This document shows positions 12,216-25,608 of a stretch of 64,000 nucleotides of DNA, piece after piece. Every line of letters starts with the position of its first letter. Within the stretch, counting starts at the first letter, position 1. The position numbers were made by a program, and so were the translations under genes. The notes under the pieces are model-generated. The model was not told where the DNA came from. It searched no databases and worked only from the letters and a program-made list of their open reading frames with translations. The stretch is taken from the NCBI RefSeq assembly GCF_006345805.1, contig NC_043011.1:29462464-29526463 (forward strand). Reading direction: 5' to 3'. Source of the DNA: Octopus sinensis. Its lineage: Eukaryota.

Positions 12216-12726
12216 TTCGATTGTAATAGATATTTTATTGGTTGAGTAATATTTCAACAGTAAGTCTGTTGTCTTTGTTGAGTTCAAAATAAGAAGTGAT
12301 AAAAATTCAAAATTATAGAAATTTAAACGTAAATTATGAATGAGAGCAACCAGTGTCCACGCTTCTCGGAATGTACGAGGAGAAATGCCCTGGAGGAATG
12401 AATAAGATGACAAGATGATATCATCAAATTTATACAAAACTCTTTGATTAAATATTCTTTTTTCTCTCTTTTTTTCTTTCCTTTTTTTTCTGGTGTCTTC
12501 GTTTTTCTGTTTCTTTGTCTTTTTTTTCGCCTCTTATAAAATAAAATTGAAACTTAAAAACAGACGATGTCATTCCATCAACGTGTGGATGCTGGTTGCT
12601 CTCGTTCATACTTTACGTTTAAATTTCTATAATTTTGAATTTTTATCACTTCTTATTTTGAACTTGACAAAGACAGACTTACTGTTGAAGTATCGTTCAA
12701 CCAATAAAATATCTATTACAATCGAA
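12216..12726. repeat. Inverted repeat with ~145 bp arms and a ~225 bp spacer
   Basis: 12216-12360 is the imperfect reverse complement of 12585-12726; the same pseudo-peptide LRLNFYNFEFLSLLILN is read on opposite strands. Confidence 0.85.
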
Positions 12727-12778
12727 TCACGCTCTTTGTCTTGACTATTATTATTATCATTATTAGTATTATTATTAC

Positions 12779-12823
<45 letters not shown>

Positions 12824-13061
12824 CATTATTATTATTATTATTATCATTATCATTGTAGCACACTGAGTGTAATGCTTAGCGGCATTTCTTCTGTCCTCAT
12901 TTTTTGAGTTTAAATTCCACAGAGGTTGACTTTGCCATTCACCTTTCAGGGTCAATAAAATAAGTACCAGTGGAAAACTGGGGTAATCAACTTACTGTTT
13001 TTCCTTAAGATCGCTGATCTTGTGCCAAAATTTGAACCCATCATCATTATTATTATTATTA

Positions 13062-13096
<35 letters not shown>

Positions 13097-13404
13097 GCTT
13101 TTTAGTAAGGTTGATTGTTGAGTGTTAATACAATTACTGATGTTGACGATGAAGACAACGATAATAACAGCAAGGATGATGATGACAGTGATGACGATGA
13201 CGATGATGATGACAGTGATAATAGTAATGATGATGATGATGATGATGATGATGACAATGATGATGATGATGATGATGATGAGAAGTATATGGATGGATAA
13301 TGATAGCGACAATTGGCTTTATTGTTTTTGTAGCCACTGGTCAGCTCTTATCAAGAAGACTGAGAATGAAAAGACATTCTAGCCATGATCTTTTTGTCAT
13401 CATA

Positions 13405-13669
13405 TTCTTTTATTCTTTTACTTGTTTCTGTCATTAGACTGCAGCCATGCTGGGGGCACCTCCTTGAAATTTTATTACAATGAATCAACCCCAGTATTAA
13501 TTTTTTTTTAAAGCGTGGTGCTTATTCTATCGATCTGTTTTGCCAAACTGCTATGTTATGGTGACACAAACACACCAACACCGGTTGCCAAGCAGTAGAG
13601 GTGAGTAGGATGGATAAACACAGACACAAACATACACATAGATATACATACATACATACACACACACAC

Positions 13670-13712
<43 letters not shown>

Positions 13713-13896
13713 CACATATATACATATATATATATATATATATACAACAGGCTTCTTTCAGTTTCTGTCTACCATATCCACTCATAAGCCCTTGGTAAGC
13801 CCAAAGCTATAGTAGAAGACACTCACCCAAGATGCCAAGCAGTGGGACTGAACCCGGAATCATGTGGTTGGGAAGCAAGCTTCTTACCATACAGCC
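13405..13896 (-). mobile_element. tRNA-derived SINE family 1 with a central (TA/TG)n
   Basis: Reverse complement of the 56424 copy. Confidence 0.8.
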
Positions 13897-14096
13897 GCTT
13901 TTGTCTTTTGTTTATTGGTTGGACATAATGTCTCTAGGGATTACACTAACTAATATCTTACTAGTTTGACTAAATCTTTCAATCCTGACACTAACCCAGC
14001 ATGGCCATGGATTGTAGCCATGCTGGGGCACCACCCTGAAGGGTGTAGTTGGTCAAATTGACACAAGTACATATGCTGTATATTTGTTTTGTCTCT

Positions 14097-14700
14097 TTTA
14101 TGTTCCCATAACTTAGCAGTTTGGCAAAAGAGACTGAGAAATATTTACCAAACTTACTTTAAATATAAGCCTATAATGTGTGTGTGTGTACGTGTGTGTG
14201 TGTGTGTATGTGTGTGTGTGTGTTTGTCTTACTGTCTGTTTGTTTATGTCCCTGTAACTTAGCAGTTTGATGAAAGAGACTGAGAAATAATTACCAAACT
14301 TACTTAAAACATAAGCCCATCATGTGTGTGTGTGTGGTTGCGTGTTTGTCTTACTGTCTGCTTGACAACTGGTGTTGGTTTGTTTATGTCCCTGTAACTT
14401 AGCGGTTCGGCAAAAGGGACTGAGAAATAATTACCAAACTTACTTAAAACATAAGCCTATCATGTATGTGCATGTATGTGTGTGTGTGTGTTTGTTTGTG
14501 TGTTTGTCCTACTGTCTACTTGACAACTGGTGTTGGTTTGTTTATGTTCCTGTTACTTTGCAAAAAAGACTGAGAGAACAAGTCCCTTAAAATGTAACTT
14601 TAAAAATATAAGTACCGGGGTCTATTTGTTCAGCTAAAACCTTGCAAGGCAATGCCCCAGCATGGCCATAGTCCAATGACTGAAGCCAAGTGAAAGGTAA
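14097..14700 (+). repeat. About four tandem ~145 bp units derived from the SINE family 1 3' half
   Basis: tttatgt.cc.taacttagc...gagactgagaaata..ttaccaaacttact recurs at ~14097, 14243, 14383 and 14537. Confidence 0.75.
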
Positions 14701-16491
14701 AAGAATACACTCACCTGTGTGGAACATTTTCTGAGACTATGTTTCACATTTACATCCAGGTGTCCTAGACGATCTCCAACAAAATGTACAAGTTGAAAAT
14801 AAAATAATACAGCTAAGCTACACTTCTATATATCTAACCACTAAATTTCACCTGCTTCAAGAAATCACTCTCTGGTAACCATAGAAACCACTCTCTATTT
14901 TAGAAAATGACAATATGAAAATAATATGGAACTTTAGCATTCAAACATTCTGCTATGAAGTATGTAGTAAGCTTAACATTATTCACCTTGACAAAAATGA
15001 CAATAGCATATTAATTATTGATAAAGCATTACCAAATGATGATGTGCAGTAGAATGCTGGATACTAAAGAAATTCCTCTGGCTTAAAACATTATAGTTAT
15101 CAAGGAATATACCTTATTATTCTATATGTACTGGAACAGCATAGAATCATTTTTCACAAATTTTATGTAAGAAAATAATGTGAGAATCTGTAAACATCAT
15201 TAAGGCTTTCTCATGCAGTTAACCTTAAACATATTGGTTAAACGTTATTAATCCTTAGCATTCTTTATTTCCTTAGACATAAATGTTAACCCTGAATCCT
15301 TCTCTAGGTTTAAGAGATGTATTTGTCTGGCAAGTGATTTGATCTGAGACTGTGTTGAATCTAATAGAATTAGATTGGAAGGCATAATATAGTGGTTCCA
15401 AAGTCTGGTACAAGGCTGGTAATTTAGAGGTAGGGTATAGGTTGGTTACCTTGACTGGAAATAGAAAAGAGTTGGCTACAAAATGGATATTAAAATTATG
15501 CCTCAAGAAATTCCATCTGACCCATGCAAGCACGGAAAAGTGAACATGCAACGATTATGATAATGATGACGACGATGATGATGAGGAGGATGACAGCAAT
15601 GATAACAATGATGATGAGGATGATGGTGATGACGATGACAACCATGGTTATGATCATGATCATGACAATGATGATGATTAATCATGACGGTCATGATGAT
15701 GATAATGATGACGACAATTATGATGATGACGATTATGATGATGATGATGATGATGAGGATGAAGGAATAAGAAACTAAAACTCAAGAGCTCTGTTTGTTT
15801 TTTGTTTTTGCTATCATCAGACCAAAAATAACTTCTTCTTGTTGGTGCTAGTGGCGGTGGTGATGCTGGTTGCGGTGATGATGGTGGAGTTATTTATGAT
15901 TGTTATTGTTAAGCTCCAAGTCAACCCAAAGTGAACCTTGTTCCTTGCTACATTCAAAAGATTTTTCCAGCTGTGATCATCCACTCAATAAGACATAGTG
16001 TATCTCTATCTACAGCTGTGTCACACAAGGTGTGTTCTTCCTCTTTTAACACAATATGATATATTCTAAGGGGAGATATGGCTGTTAATTTGAACAGATT
16101 GAACTAATAGAGAGAACACATGGTGATTTCACGTTTGCCTCACTCAACAAATTGTTTGCATGAAATGATTGCTACATGTCTGAATGCACTCACTTATTTC
16201 TGTGAACTTTAAGAATCTAATAATTAATTCATATCATTAATACTGTCTTCAGCAAATGTTCAGGTGGTAGAATTTGGAGCAAAATGTTATGTAACACTTG
16301 ACAAATTATATATATATATATATAGTTGAAATTTATAGAAAAACAAAAGATGAAGACATGGGTATGAACAACAAGCAGGTGTATTAGTTTGATGCATGGG
16401 AAAAATGAAGAAGTTTTTTATATTTCAAGCCTATGCTATTCAACAGAAAGGAATAAGAGAAAATAAACAGAGAGAATGAAAAAAACTTGTG

Positions 16492-16530
<39 letters not shown>

Positions 16531-16768
16531 TTATACATATATATATATACATACATATACATATAATACACACACATGCACACATACACATACAAGCACA
16601 CATATTAGATGAAATACAAGCATAAATAGATGAAAATTACAATGTTGAAATTAATTTTTATTATAATTATAGCTTTGTGTTTGTGCTTCTATGTGTGTTT
16701 GCATATTTATGTGTGTGTATGCATGTGTATATAGAAACATTACTGTTTCTCTCTCTCTCTCTCCATAT

Positions 16769-16814
<46 letters not shown>

Positions 16815-16835
16815 ATATATATATATATATATGAT

Positions 16836-17117
16836 ATTAAATTAGAGACAAAACCACTATTAGGCAAATCAAACAATGAAAAACTTAAGCCAATACATAT
16901 GATTAATTTATATTATTTAAATATATAACAAAATTATTAAAAAAATATAATTAATATCACACTACGATCGTTTCATGCCTGCTAACATCTTCAAATTTTT
17001 GAGTCGCAGTCATTCATCAGGTGGTTTAAATATTTTTCTTGGCGAGGTTTAAACAATGAACTCTTCAATCCTAAATCTGATTTTTCCCTGTAAGTTTGGA
17101 TTTATTCCCTAATATTT
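16836..17117 (-). mobile_element. Penelope-like element pLTR-type fragment
   Basis: Inserted in (TA)n and contains a minimal hammerhead core; PLE assignment is inferred from that motif. Confidence 0.6.
16958..17025 (-). ncRNA. Minimal type I hammerhead ribozyme motif (PLE-type)
   Basis: ccac CUGAUGA augacugc...gcaggcau GAAA CGAUC GUA gug: intact core, 7/8 bp stem II, palindromic ACGAUCGU stem III, GUA triplet, only 3 bp stem I. Confidence 0.7.
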
Positions 17118-17359
17118 ATTATTATTATATATATATATATATCTACATATAACTGAGGTGATTTGATTTAAATAGTATGACATATCTCTAGTAGTGAATA
17201 ATATATAACCATGCACCTCATATATCTTAATGGACAGCTTCAAAGAAGAACTTATGTACAGGGTGTTTGGGTTAAATTTGGCAGTATGCATAAGGAAAAG
17301 GAAATGTCTCATTCAGAAATAAAAGTATTTTAAAACATCAAAAAATATTCTTTTCTTCT

Positions 17360-17556
17360 CTAGGCACAGACCCAAAATTTTGGGGGTGGAGGCCAGTCGA
17401 TTAGATCGACCACAGTACGCAACTGGTACTTAATTTATTGACCCTGAAAGGATGAAAAGCAAAGTTGACTTTGGCAGAATTTGATCTCAGAACGTAAACA
17501 CATGAAATACCGCTAAGCAATTTGGCCAGCGTGCTAACGTTTCTGCTAGCCCGCCA
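17360..17556 (-). mobile_element. tRNA-derived SINE family 2
   Basis: Minus strand reads ggtggcgggctagcagaaacgttagcacgctggcc... Confidence 0.8.
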
Positions 17557-17606
17557 CCTTAAAATATCAAAATATATTGATTTAATTATGGTTGGGAGAC
17601 AAAAGT

Positions 17607-18040
17607 TTATTCAAAGTAGCCACTCTCAGCTTGCATTACAGCCTCAAGACAGCTCCAGAATCTGGTATATGCATTCCTCACTACATCCCTGGGAAGTTCT
17701 TCGAATACCTCCTAGATCTTGGCCACCGGTCTTAGTGCTGCAGGCAGGGTGGTTGTAGTCTTTCTCAACCATACTCCATGGGATTACAATCAGAGTAATT
17801 AGGAGGCCAGAAACTGGGATTGATGGAGTTGTAAAAATTCTCTGACAATCACTTCTGGCCCTTTCTAGAAGTATGGTAATGAGCTGAATCCTGCTGCCAC
17901 ACATATGGCCTTCCAGAAGCATCCTTCTCCTGCCAGGGTTTGACTACAATCTCCATCAGCTTCACATAGCCATCTGAAGTGATTTTTAGGCCATGTTCAA
18001 TGATTTGGGACAGCATGACATTGCCGTCATAATGCTTTCT
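17607..18040 (-). pseudogene. ITm transposase C-terminal relic, maT/DD37D-like
   Basis: SDGYVKLMEIVVKPW...PYVWQQDSAHYHTSRK, FWPPNYSDCNPMEY, RFWSCLEAVMQAESGYFE*; stops and deletions present. Subfamily assignment is less certain than the superfamily. Confidence 0.82.
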
Positions 18041-18180
18041 CTGCCCCCTCCTGCTGGCCATGGCTTTGTAGTTCCTGTTTGGGGTATAACTTGGTTTTCA
18101 TGATGTACATATCATGTCTTACAGCCTTGACAGTGTTCACAGAACATTTGTTGTTGTTTTTTTTCATAAACTGGATGAAT

Positions 18181-18556
18181 ACTCTCTTTACTCTTTACTC
18201 TTTCACTTGTTTCAATCATTTGACTGTGGCCATGCTAGAGCACTGCCTTTAGTCAAGCAAATTGACCCCAGGACTTATTCTTTGTAAGCCTAGTACTTAT
18301 TCTATCAGTCTCTTTTACCGAACTGCTAAGTTATGGGGACGTAAACAAACCAGCATCTGTTGTCAAGCGATGTTGGGGGAACAAACACAGACACACAAAC
18401 ATATACACACACCCATACATATATCATTCACAAGGCTTTGGTCAGCCCGAGGCTATAGTAGAATACACTTACCCAACGTGCCACATAGTGGGACTGAACC
18501 CGGAACCATGTGGTTCATAAGAAAGCTACTTACCACGCAGTCACTCCTATTCCTAT
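18181..18556 (-). mobile_element. tRNA-derived SINE family 1
   Basis: Shared family 1 sequence. Confidence 0.8.
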
Positions 18557-19230
18557 CTTTGCAATAAATGAAAGTCTTTCCCAATATTTGGACAGTTTCC
18601 AGTCCTCCATGTCAGTTGACTTTTTCTTAACTACAGCTTTAATCTTAATGCTCTCTAATGCCACTGACTATCAAACTGTTCCTAAAATGGGGTGACATGA
18701 AAAATTGTCAAATTTAGCTTAAACGTCCCGTATTATTGTAAATGTTTCCTTTCACAGGTCTCCATAGTCAGAAAGTTCACAGAGTCCATACAGAGAAAAA
18801 CATGTGAGAGTTTGATCATAATTTTTACATGATCTTGCACGTATTTCATTAATAATAATATCAATAATGTCAGAAAAAGCATAAATAAATTACATTATCA
18901 AATTTTCAGAGATTGTACAACACACATAAATAAGCTTTAAGATTAAAATGAACATCAGGCAGTATTGCACTATCTCTGAAGATTTGATAGCATAACCTGC
19001 GTATAAAGTTTTTGCTTTTATAATGAATATTATTGTTAATGAAATGCAAGTTGATGTTACTACATAATCTATGCTCAAACTCACCAGTTTTATTTTATGT
19101 ATGCATATGTGTGTATGTTTTAAGTATTATATATAGTATTTGCAAATATATATATTAAAGTATTTACATATATGTGCACATACACAGACACATATCTATA
19201 TACATATAAATATATATATATGTATATATA

Positions 19231-19262
<32 letters not shown>

Positions 19263-19320
19263 CATACATAGGAGAACAAAGTGTATGTATGCCGCTATAT
19301 ATATATATATATATATATAT

Positions 19321-19718
19321 CAAATACAAAATGGGACAAGAACGCAAAACATCCAGACAACTAGGTGATACAAAAAGGGACAACGAAACATCCAGATAGA
19401 CGATACAAAAAACAAGGATGGGTCATTTGAAGCTTTCTATCCTCAGTCAAGAATCAGATCATCCTTGCAATTTCGGCTGATTAATATTGAGATTGTTCCA
19501 ATCTGGCCAGCCCCAAGGAAAAACTAAGCTAAGAGCATTAGATTCCTTGGAAGAAAGCATTGAATGAATACGAAAACAAGGATGGAAAAACAGACGATGT
19601 TACATGAATTCAAATGACCCATTCTTGTTTTTTTTTGTATCATCTATCTGAATGTTTTGTCCCTTTTTGTATCACCTAGTTGTCTGGATGTTTTGTATTC
19701 TTGCCCTATTTTGTATTT
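19321..19718. mobile_element. Element with ~110 bp inverted arms around a ~175 bp core, inserted in (TA)n
   Basis: 19321-19430 is the imperfect reverse complement of 19608-19718. Confidence 0.75.
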
Positions 19719-19767
19719 ATAGATATATGTCTGTAAATATAAATATATGTATATATACATGTATATG

Positions 19768-19829
<62 letters not shown>

Positions 19830-19968
19830 GCATATATATATATATATATACACACACATATATATATATATATATAATATATAATATATATATATATATT
19901 ATAATATATATATATATATATGCATATATATATATATACACACATATATATATATATATATATACATA

Positions 19969-20228
19969 CATCTGTGTCGGTGGCACATAAAAAACACCAT
20001 CCGAGCGTGGCCGTCTGCCAGCCTCATCTGGCACCTGTGTCGGTGGCACATAAAATCACCCACTACACTCTCGGAGTGGTTGGCGTTAGGAAGGGCATCC
20101 AGCTGTAGAAACACTGCCAGATCTGACTGGCCTGGTGTAGCCTTCGAGCTTGCCAGACCCCAGTTGAACCATCCAACCCATGCTAGCATGGAAAGCGGAC
20201 ATTAAACGATGATGATGATGATGATGAT
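19969..20228 (-). mobile_element. Family 3 repeat
   Basis: Shared with 47474-47816 and 8665. Confidence 0.8.
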
Positions 20229-20243
20229 GATATATATAAAATT

Positions 20244-20680
20244 GCATGCATGGCTCTGTGGTAGGAAGTTTGTTTCCCAACCACATGGTTCTTGGTTCAA
20301 TCGTAGTGCATGGCACATGTTTTGTACCATACCCCCAGGCTGTGCAGCACATTGTGTGGGGATATGGTAGACAGAGGGTGAAAGAAGCCTGTTGTATGTA
20401 TATGTGCACATGTGTGTTTGTGTGCATGCATGTGTGCATGTGTCTTTGTGTCAGTGTTTGTCTCCCATCACCACTTGACAACTGGTGTTGGTGTATTTAC
20501 AACCCCACAATTTAACATTTCAGCAGAAGAGACCAAGAGCATAAGTACGAGGCTTGAAAAACAGACAAGTAAGTTTTGAGTGGGGTGGGCTGGAGATGAC
20601 TCGTTTGATTGTAATTCCTTATGGCATTGCCCCAGTATGGCCACAATCTAATCACCGAAACAAATAAAAGATAAAAGATA
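20244..20680 (+). mobile_element. tRNA-derived SINE family 1 (diverged)
   Basis: tggctctgtggtaggaagttt...ggttcaatc head, central TG repeat, gcattgccccagtatggccaca tail. Confidence 0.7.
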
Positions 20681-20927
20681 TGTTCATGAGAAGAAAGCAA
20701 AAGAAAAGAATGAATAAACAGATATTTGATTTATTTGTTACAGAATTCAATCATACAATATTTGTGTAGAATTAATGGCTAGATTGCAGCATCTAATTCA
20801 CTTTTAGATATTTTCAGAACTAATAATCTACTTATTTTCGAAAATATATATCAGGAATGCATTCTGAAAGTAGGAATCTGGCAAAGTGCTCAGTGATGTA
20901 CTTTGAGAGTGCTATAAATTTCGTATA

Positions 20928-21354
20928 TACTCTTTTAATCTTTTACTTGTTTCAGTCATTTGACTGTGGCCATGCTGGAGCACCACCTTTAGTCGAGCAA
21001 ATTAACCCCAGGACTTATTCTTTGTAAGCCTAGTATCTATTCTATTGGTCTCTTTTGCCGAACCGCTTAGTTACAGGGACTTAAACACACCAGCATCGGT
21101 TGTCAAGTGATGTCAGGGGGACAAACACAGACACACAAAGTATATACACACACATACATATATATATATATGCATATATACATATATATACGATGGACTT
21201 CTTTCAGTTTCCGTCTACCAAATCCACTCACAAGGCATTGGTCGGCCCGAGGCTATAGTAGAAGACACTTGCCCAATGTGCCACACAGTGGGACTGAACC
21301 TGGAACCATATGGCTGGTAAGCAAGCTACATACCACACAGCCACTCCTGCACCT
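20928..21354 (-). mobile_element. tRNA-derived SINE family 1
   Basis: Shared family 1 sequence, near full length. Confidence 0.85.
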
Positions 21355-21423
21355 ATTACCCAATTTTGGCAGCTGAGTCGACATGAGCAACGTGAAATGA
21401 AGTATTTGCTCAAGAATACAACT

Positions 21424-21630
21424 GGCAGCGATCTGGCAGAAATGTTAGCACACCGGGCAAAGTTCTTAGTAGTAATTTGTCTGTCTTTACGTTCTGAGTT
21501 CAAATTCCGCCAAGGTTGACTTTGCCTTTCATCCTTTCAGGGTCGATAAATTAAGTACGATTTGTGCACTGGGATCGGTCTAATCGACCAACCCCCTTCC
21601 CAAACATTTCGGGCCTTGTGCCTAGGGTAG
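21424..21630 (+). mobile_element. tRNA-derived SINE family 2
   Basis: ggcagcgatctggcagaaatgttagc...gagttcaaattccgcc. Confidence 0.8.
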
Positions 21631-21742
21631 GTATATATGAAAGTGTGTGTGTGTGTGTATGCACATGTGTGTGTATGCATATGTGTGTGTGTGGATGTGT
21701 GCATGTGCACATGCTTTATTAAAACAAAATTCAACAAATAAC

Positions 21743-21956
21743 TGAGAGGGTGCTTAAAAGTTTTTGGCTTTGGGAAAATACAGGAGGATCAGTTAATTAT
21801 GATCTTATACAACATTTTCCCTTCTCATATTCACACACTTGTAGCAGCAGTCCTTCAGTTTTTCTAAGCCCTGTTAAAAAACTTGGAAGGTTGAGCCTCC
21901 AGCCAGGCCTTTCATGATACCCTTAAAGCCAAGAAGTTTTCAACACCAACCTCGTA
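21743..21956. mobile_element. Mariner-type MITE (~215 bp)
   Basis: Imperfect TIRs (gagggtgcttaaaagtttttggcttt / aaagccaagaagttttcaacaccaacctcgta); same family as 31427 and 49018. Confidence 0.75.
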
Positions 21957-22648
21957 TCTTGTTTTGCCAAAGGAAAGAAAATGTGCCAGAACCTAATTGG
22001 TTTCAAATTTTGACACAAGGCCAGCAATTTTAGGGGAGGGGCCAAGTCAATTACGTCTGCCCCAGTGCTCAACTAGTACTTATTTTAAGACCCTCGAAAG
22101 GATGAAAAATAAAGTCAACCTTGGGAAAATTTGAACTCAAATGTAAAGACAAATATCTAATTAGTAACAATATATGTACATTTCTATCTATAGAGAGAGA
22201 TGGTCAGAAAAACAGACATGAAAGGAGCAAAAAATAACAAAAGTGATAAAAAGTGATGTAATAGATGGGTTGCCAGGTGGGTAATGTGAGGGGTGAGTGT
22301 GATGAAGGTGACAGCTTCATCATCGTCAGCACCATTATATATTATTTATATAATTTAGTTTCATTTCATTATTATGTTCATTTTTCTATGCTAGCATGAG
22401 TTGAGCAAATATGTTGTTAAGGCATTTATTAAGGCAGATGCCCTTCCTGAAGCTAGCCCTTAACTGTTTTTCAAGTAAGGGATCTTTTATTTGATTTGAC
22501 TTCAAAAGGCATGAGGTGAGTAGATGACTTATTGACAAGAAGTGTCAGCAACCCTTCCTAAATGTGTACGTACACACACACATATGCACACATACACACA
22601 CATGCACACACACACACATACATACACACACAAACCACTGCCACCACA

Positions 22649-22687
<39 letters not shown>

Positions 22688-22720
22688 ACTCATGCAAAAA
22701 CACACATATTCACATATAAT

Positions 22721-23146
22721 ATACTAGCTTAAAAGCCACACTCCATGCAGACGTTTAAGTGAGTTCTTTTGGAGGGCTAACTGGGTCTGTGGCCCAAAAC
22801 TTAAAAGGGAGCAATTATAATAAAGCATTTATTGGTACCTTACTAATATAGCATTACCCTACCAATATAATATTACTTTAAATTCATTTTAAATTAAAAA
22901 CTTGTAAGTTCACAAATTTTTTGAGTTTTTTAAAATTTGAATTTTCAATTGTTATCATATAACAAATCCTTGCCCAGACCTGATCCCAATGCTGGATGTT
23001 AAAAAACCAATTAAAGGGCAGATTTTCAATTCCAGGATCATCCTGATTCCAAAAAGGTATAATATGTCTATGTAGAGCAAATGGAGGCTGAGATACAGGG
23101 ATCCCGGACGGATGGACAGACAGAATTTTGCGTTTATTTTTATAGA
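22721..23146 (+). mobile_element. Possible Helitron/Helentron-like non-autonomous element
   Basis: Begins atactagc and ends ggacggatggacagacagaattttgcgtttatttttatagat, a HINE/DINE-like terminus recognised from memory. Confidence 0.4.
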
Positions 23147-23272
23147 TGTGATGGTCTTCTCAGTTTACTATTTAAATGGCAGTCATTGTTCTATAAAATA
23201 CTTTGGGTTTTTTTCTGCTAGTAGAGTAAGTCTGCTTGAATTCTTTGGTTGTATGGCAAACTAACTACCAAA

Positions 23273-23673
23273 TTACTCTTTTACTTGTTTCAGTCATTTG
23301 ACTGCAGCCATGCTGGAGCACTGCCTTTAGCTGAGCAAATCGACCCCAGGACTTATTCTTTGGAAGCCTAGTACTTATTCTATCAATCTCTTTTGCCGAA
23401 CCACTAAGTTACGGGGATGTAAACACACCACCATAGGTTGTCAAGCGATGTTGGGGGGACAAACACAGACACACAAACATATAAACACATACATATATAT
23501 ATATATATATACGATAGGCTTCTTTCAGTTTCCGTCTACCAAATACACTCACAAGGCTTTGGTCGGCCCGAGGCTATAGTAGAAGACACTTGCCCAAGGT
23601 GCCATGCAGTGGGAATGAACCCGGAACCATGTGGTTGGTAAGCAAGCTACTTACCACACAGCCACTCCTGCAC
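23273..23673 (-). mobile_element. tRNA-derived SINE family 1
   Basis: Shared family 1 sequence, near full length. Confidence 0.85.
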
Positions 23674-24234
23674 TATGTATGAAATAAAATTATATGAAAT
23701 TTTATTTCATACATGTATTAAGAAAAATATATCAAAATGTTCTGAAATATTTAGAAATGTAGTAATTCCATGCTATGTTTCTGTGGTGACAGATTTTGTA
23801 TTTACCTGAGCTAATAAGAAGAAGCCAGCATGATAGCAAGCTTTTGGAGTGATACAACACGAAAACTAAGCTAAATAATTATGTGAGATTATGTAATATC
23901 ATTTCATATATGTATTTAGAAAGTATGGTAAGATTTAGATCTGAAATTCATAGAAATTTAGTTATTCCACAAAATGATCTTCATGGTGTTTTGGTAATGA
24001 CAGACTTTGTTGGTTTTCAGCCTGAGTAGAATTGGTTAGTAAACCGATTTGCCTATTCTGCTTCCAGTTTTTTACACCAAATAACCAAAACACTGTTTTT
24101 GACATAACACATCCTTTCCTGCTGCTTGTTTTAAAAATTGACTCACCCAGTCCACTTTGATCTCCTTCATGCTTTATGTATGACTGTCTGTCTCCATTTC
24201 TATTTGTCTATCTGATTGACTACATGCCTCGCTT

Positions 24235-24265
<31 letters not shown>

Positions 24266-24858
24266 CCCCCCCTCTCTCTCTCTCTCAGTAGCTTTAGCCA
24301 AATATATATCTACGAAAATAATCGACCATGTTCAGCACTGATAGCTTACAAGGGTCATGTATTATCCCCTACATCTCCAGATTGACTGCATTGAACAAAT
24401 GTACTATGTTTAAGCTATGTGAATAATAATTCTCGTAGTTAATTTTACTGTATCAGTTTCCCTCTCTCTCCCCCTTTCCTTCTCTCCCCCTCTCCCTCTA
24501 CCTTCTCTCACCCCTTTTCCCTCTCTATCAGTTTCTACTAAGAGACAGAGAGAGAACTTTAATTTTTATAGTATATCTATATGCGCTAATAATAAAGGAC
24601 GGCTCATGAGCATACTATAACAGCACATTATCTCACTATCGTATAAAACTAAAAGCAGGGGATCAGATGAGATGTGTTACACTGCTAATTACTGGTTCTA
24701 TTGTTTTTATTATTAATTAGCACGTTTAACACCATCAGATTTATTACTATCATATTTTATTAGTATCTGATATTGCCTACAAGCTTTTATCACCCACATG
24801 CATACATCATATATTCTTCTCACCCTCTTTTCTACCCATCTCACTCATATCTCATTCT

Positions 24859-24903
<45 letters not shown>

Positions 24904-25267
24904 TGTCTTTCTCTCACAGGTCCCATTCTTCCTCTCTCTTTATATGTCCCTTTCTCATGAAATGAGATGCTTCGACGCAACTCCTTTGGCATTGACTATT
25001 TGGTGTCACCAATTCGATCCTGATTAATTTGACATCAGACATTAATGTTTCTGTCTCTATCTCTCTCTTTCTCTCTGTCCGTCCGTCTGTCTATGTATCT
25101 GTCTCTCTATCTCTCATTCTCTTTTCTCTTTCTCTTTCTGTCTGTCTCTCTCTTTATGAGAGTGAACATATTTCTCTCAATGCATGAAAGGAAGGAAAGT
25201 ATTTATATAAATCATGTTCAGTTAAACTTTAATGTGTCTCTCTCTCCCTGCCTCTCTCTTTCTATGC

Positions 25268-25304
<37 letters not shown>

Positions 25305-25608
25305 TACACACACACACACACATACACACACACACACATACATATATATATATACATACATACATATATAAATATATATATGTCTGTGTCGGTCCCCATC
25401 CACCATCACTTGACAACTGATGCTGGTGTGTTTATGTCCCTGTAACTTAGTGATTCGGCAAAACAGACCGATACAATAAGTACTAGATGTACAAAGAATA
25501 AGTTCTAAGAATGATTTCTTCAACTAAAACACTTTAAGGCAGTGCTCCAGCATGGCTGCAGTCAAATGACCGAGGTAAGTAAGAGATTAAAGGAACATAC
25601 ATATACAT

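Noticed and set aside
14715-14773. Minus-strand exon candidate (RLGHLDVNVKHSLRKCSTQ, gtgagt donor)
   Set aside because: Poor acceptor (ttggag) and no partner exon or homology.
19430-19520. CUGAGGA and GAAA motifs on the minus strand of the 19.3 kb inverted element
   Set aside because: The order and stems do not assemble into a type I, II or III hammerhead.
23675-23714. 17 bp-arm perfect hairpin
   Set aside because: Very AT-rich, single and short; could be chance or a local fold-back, with no evidence of function.
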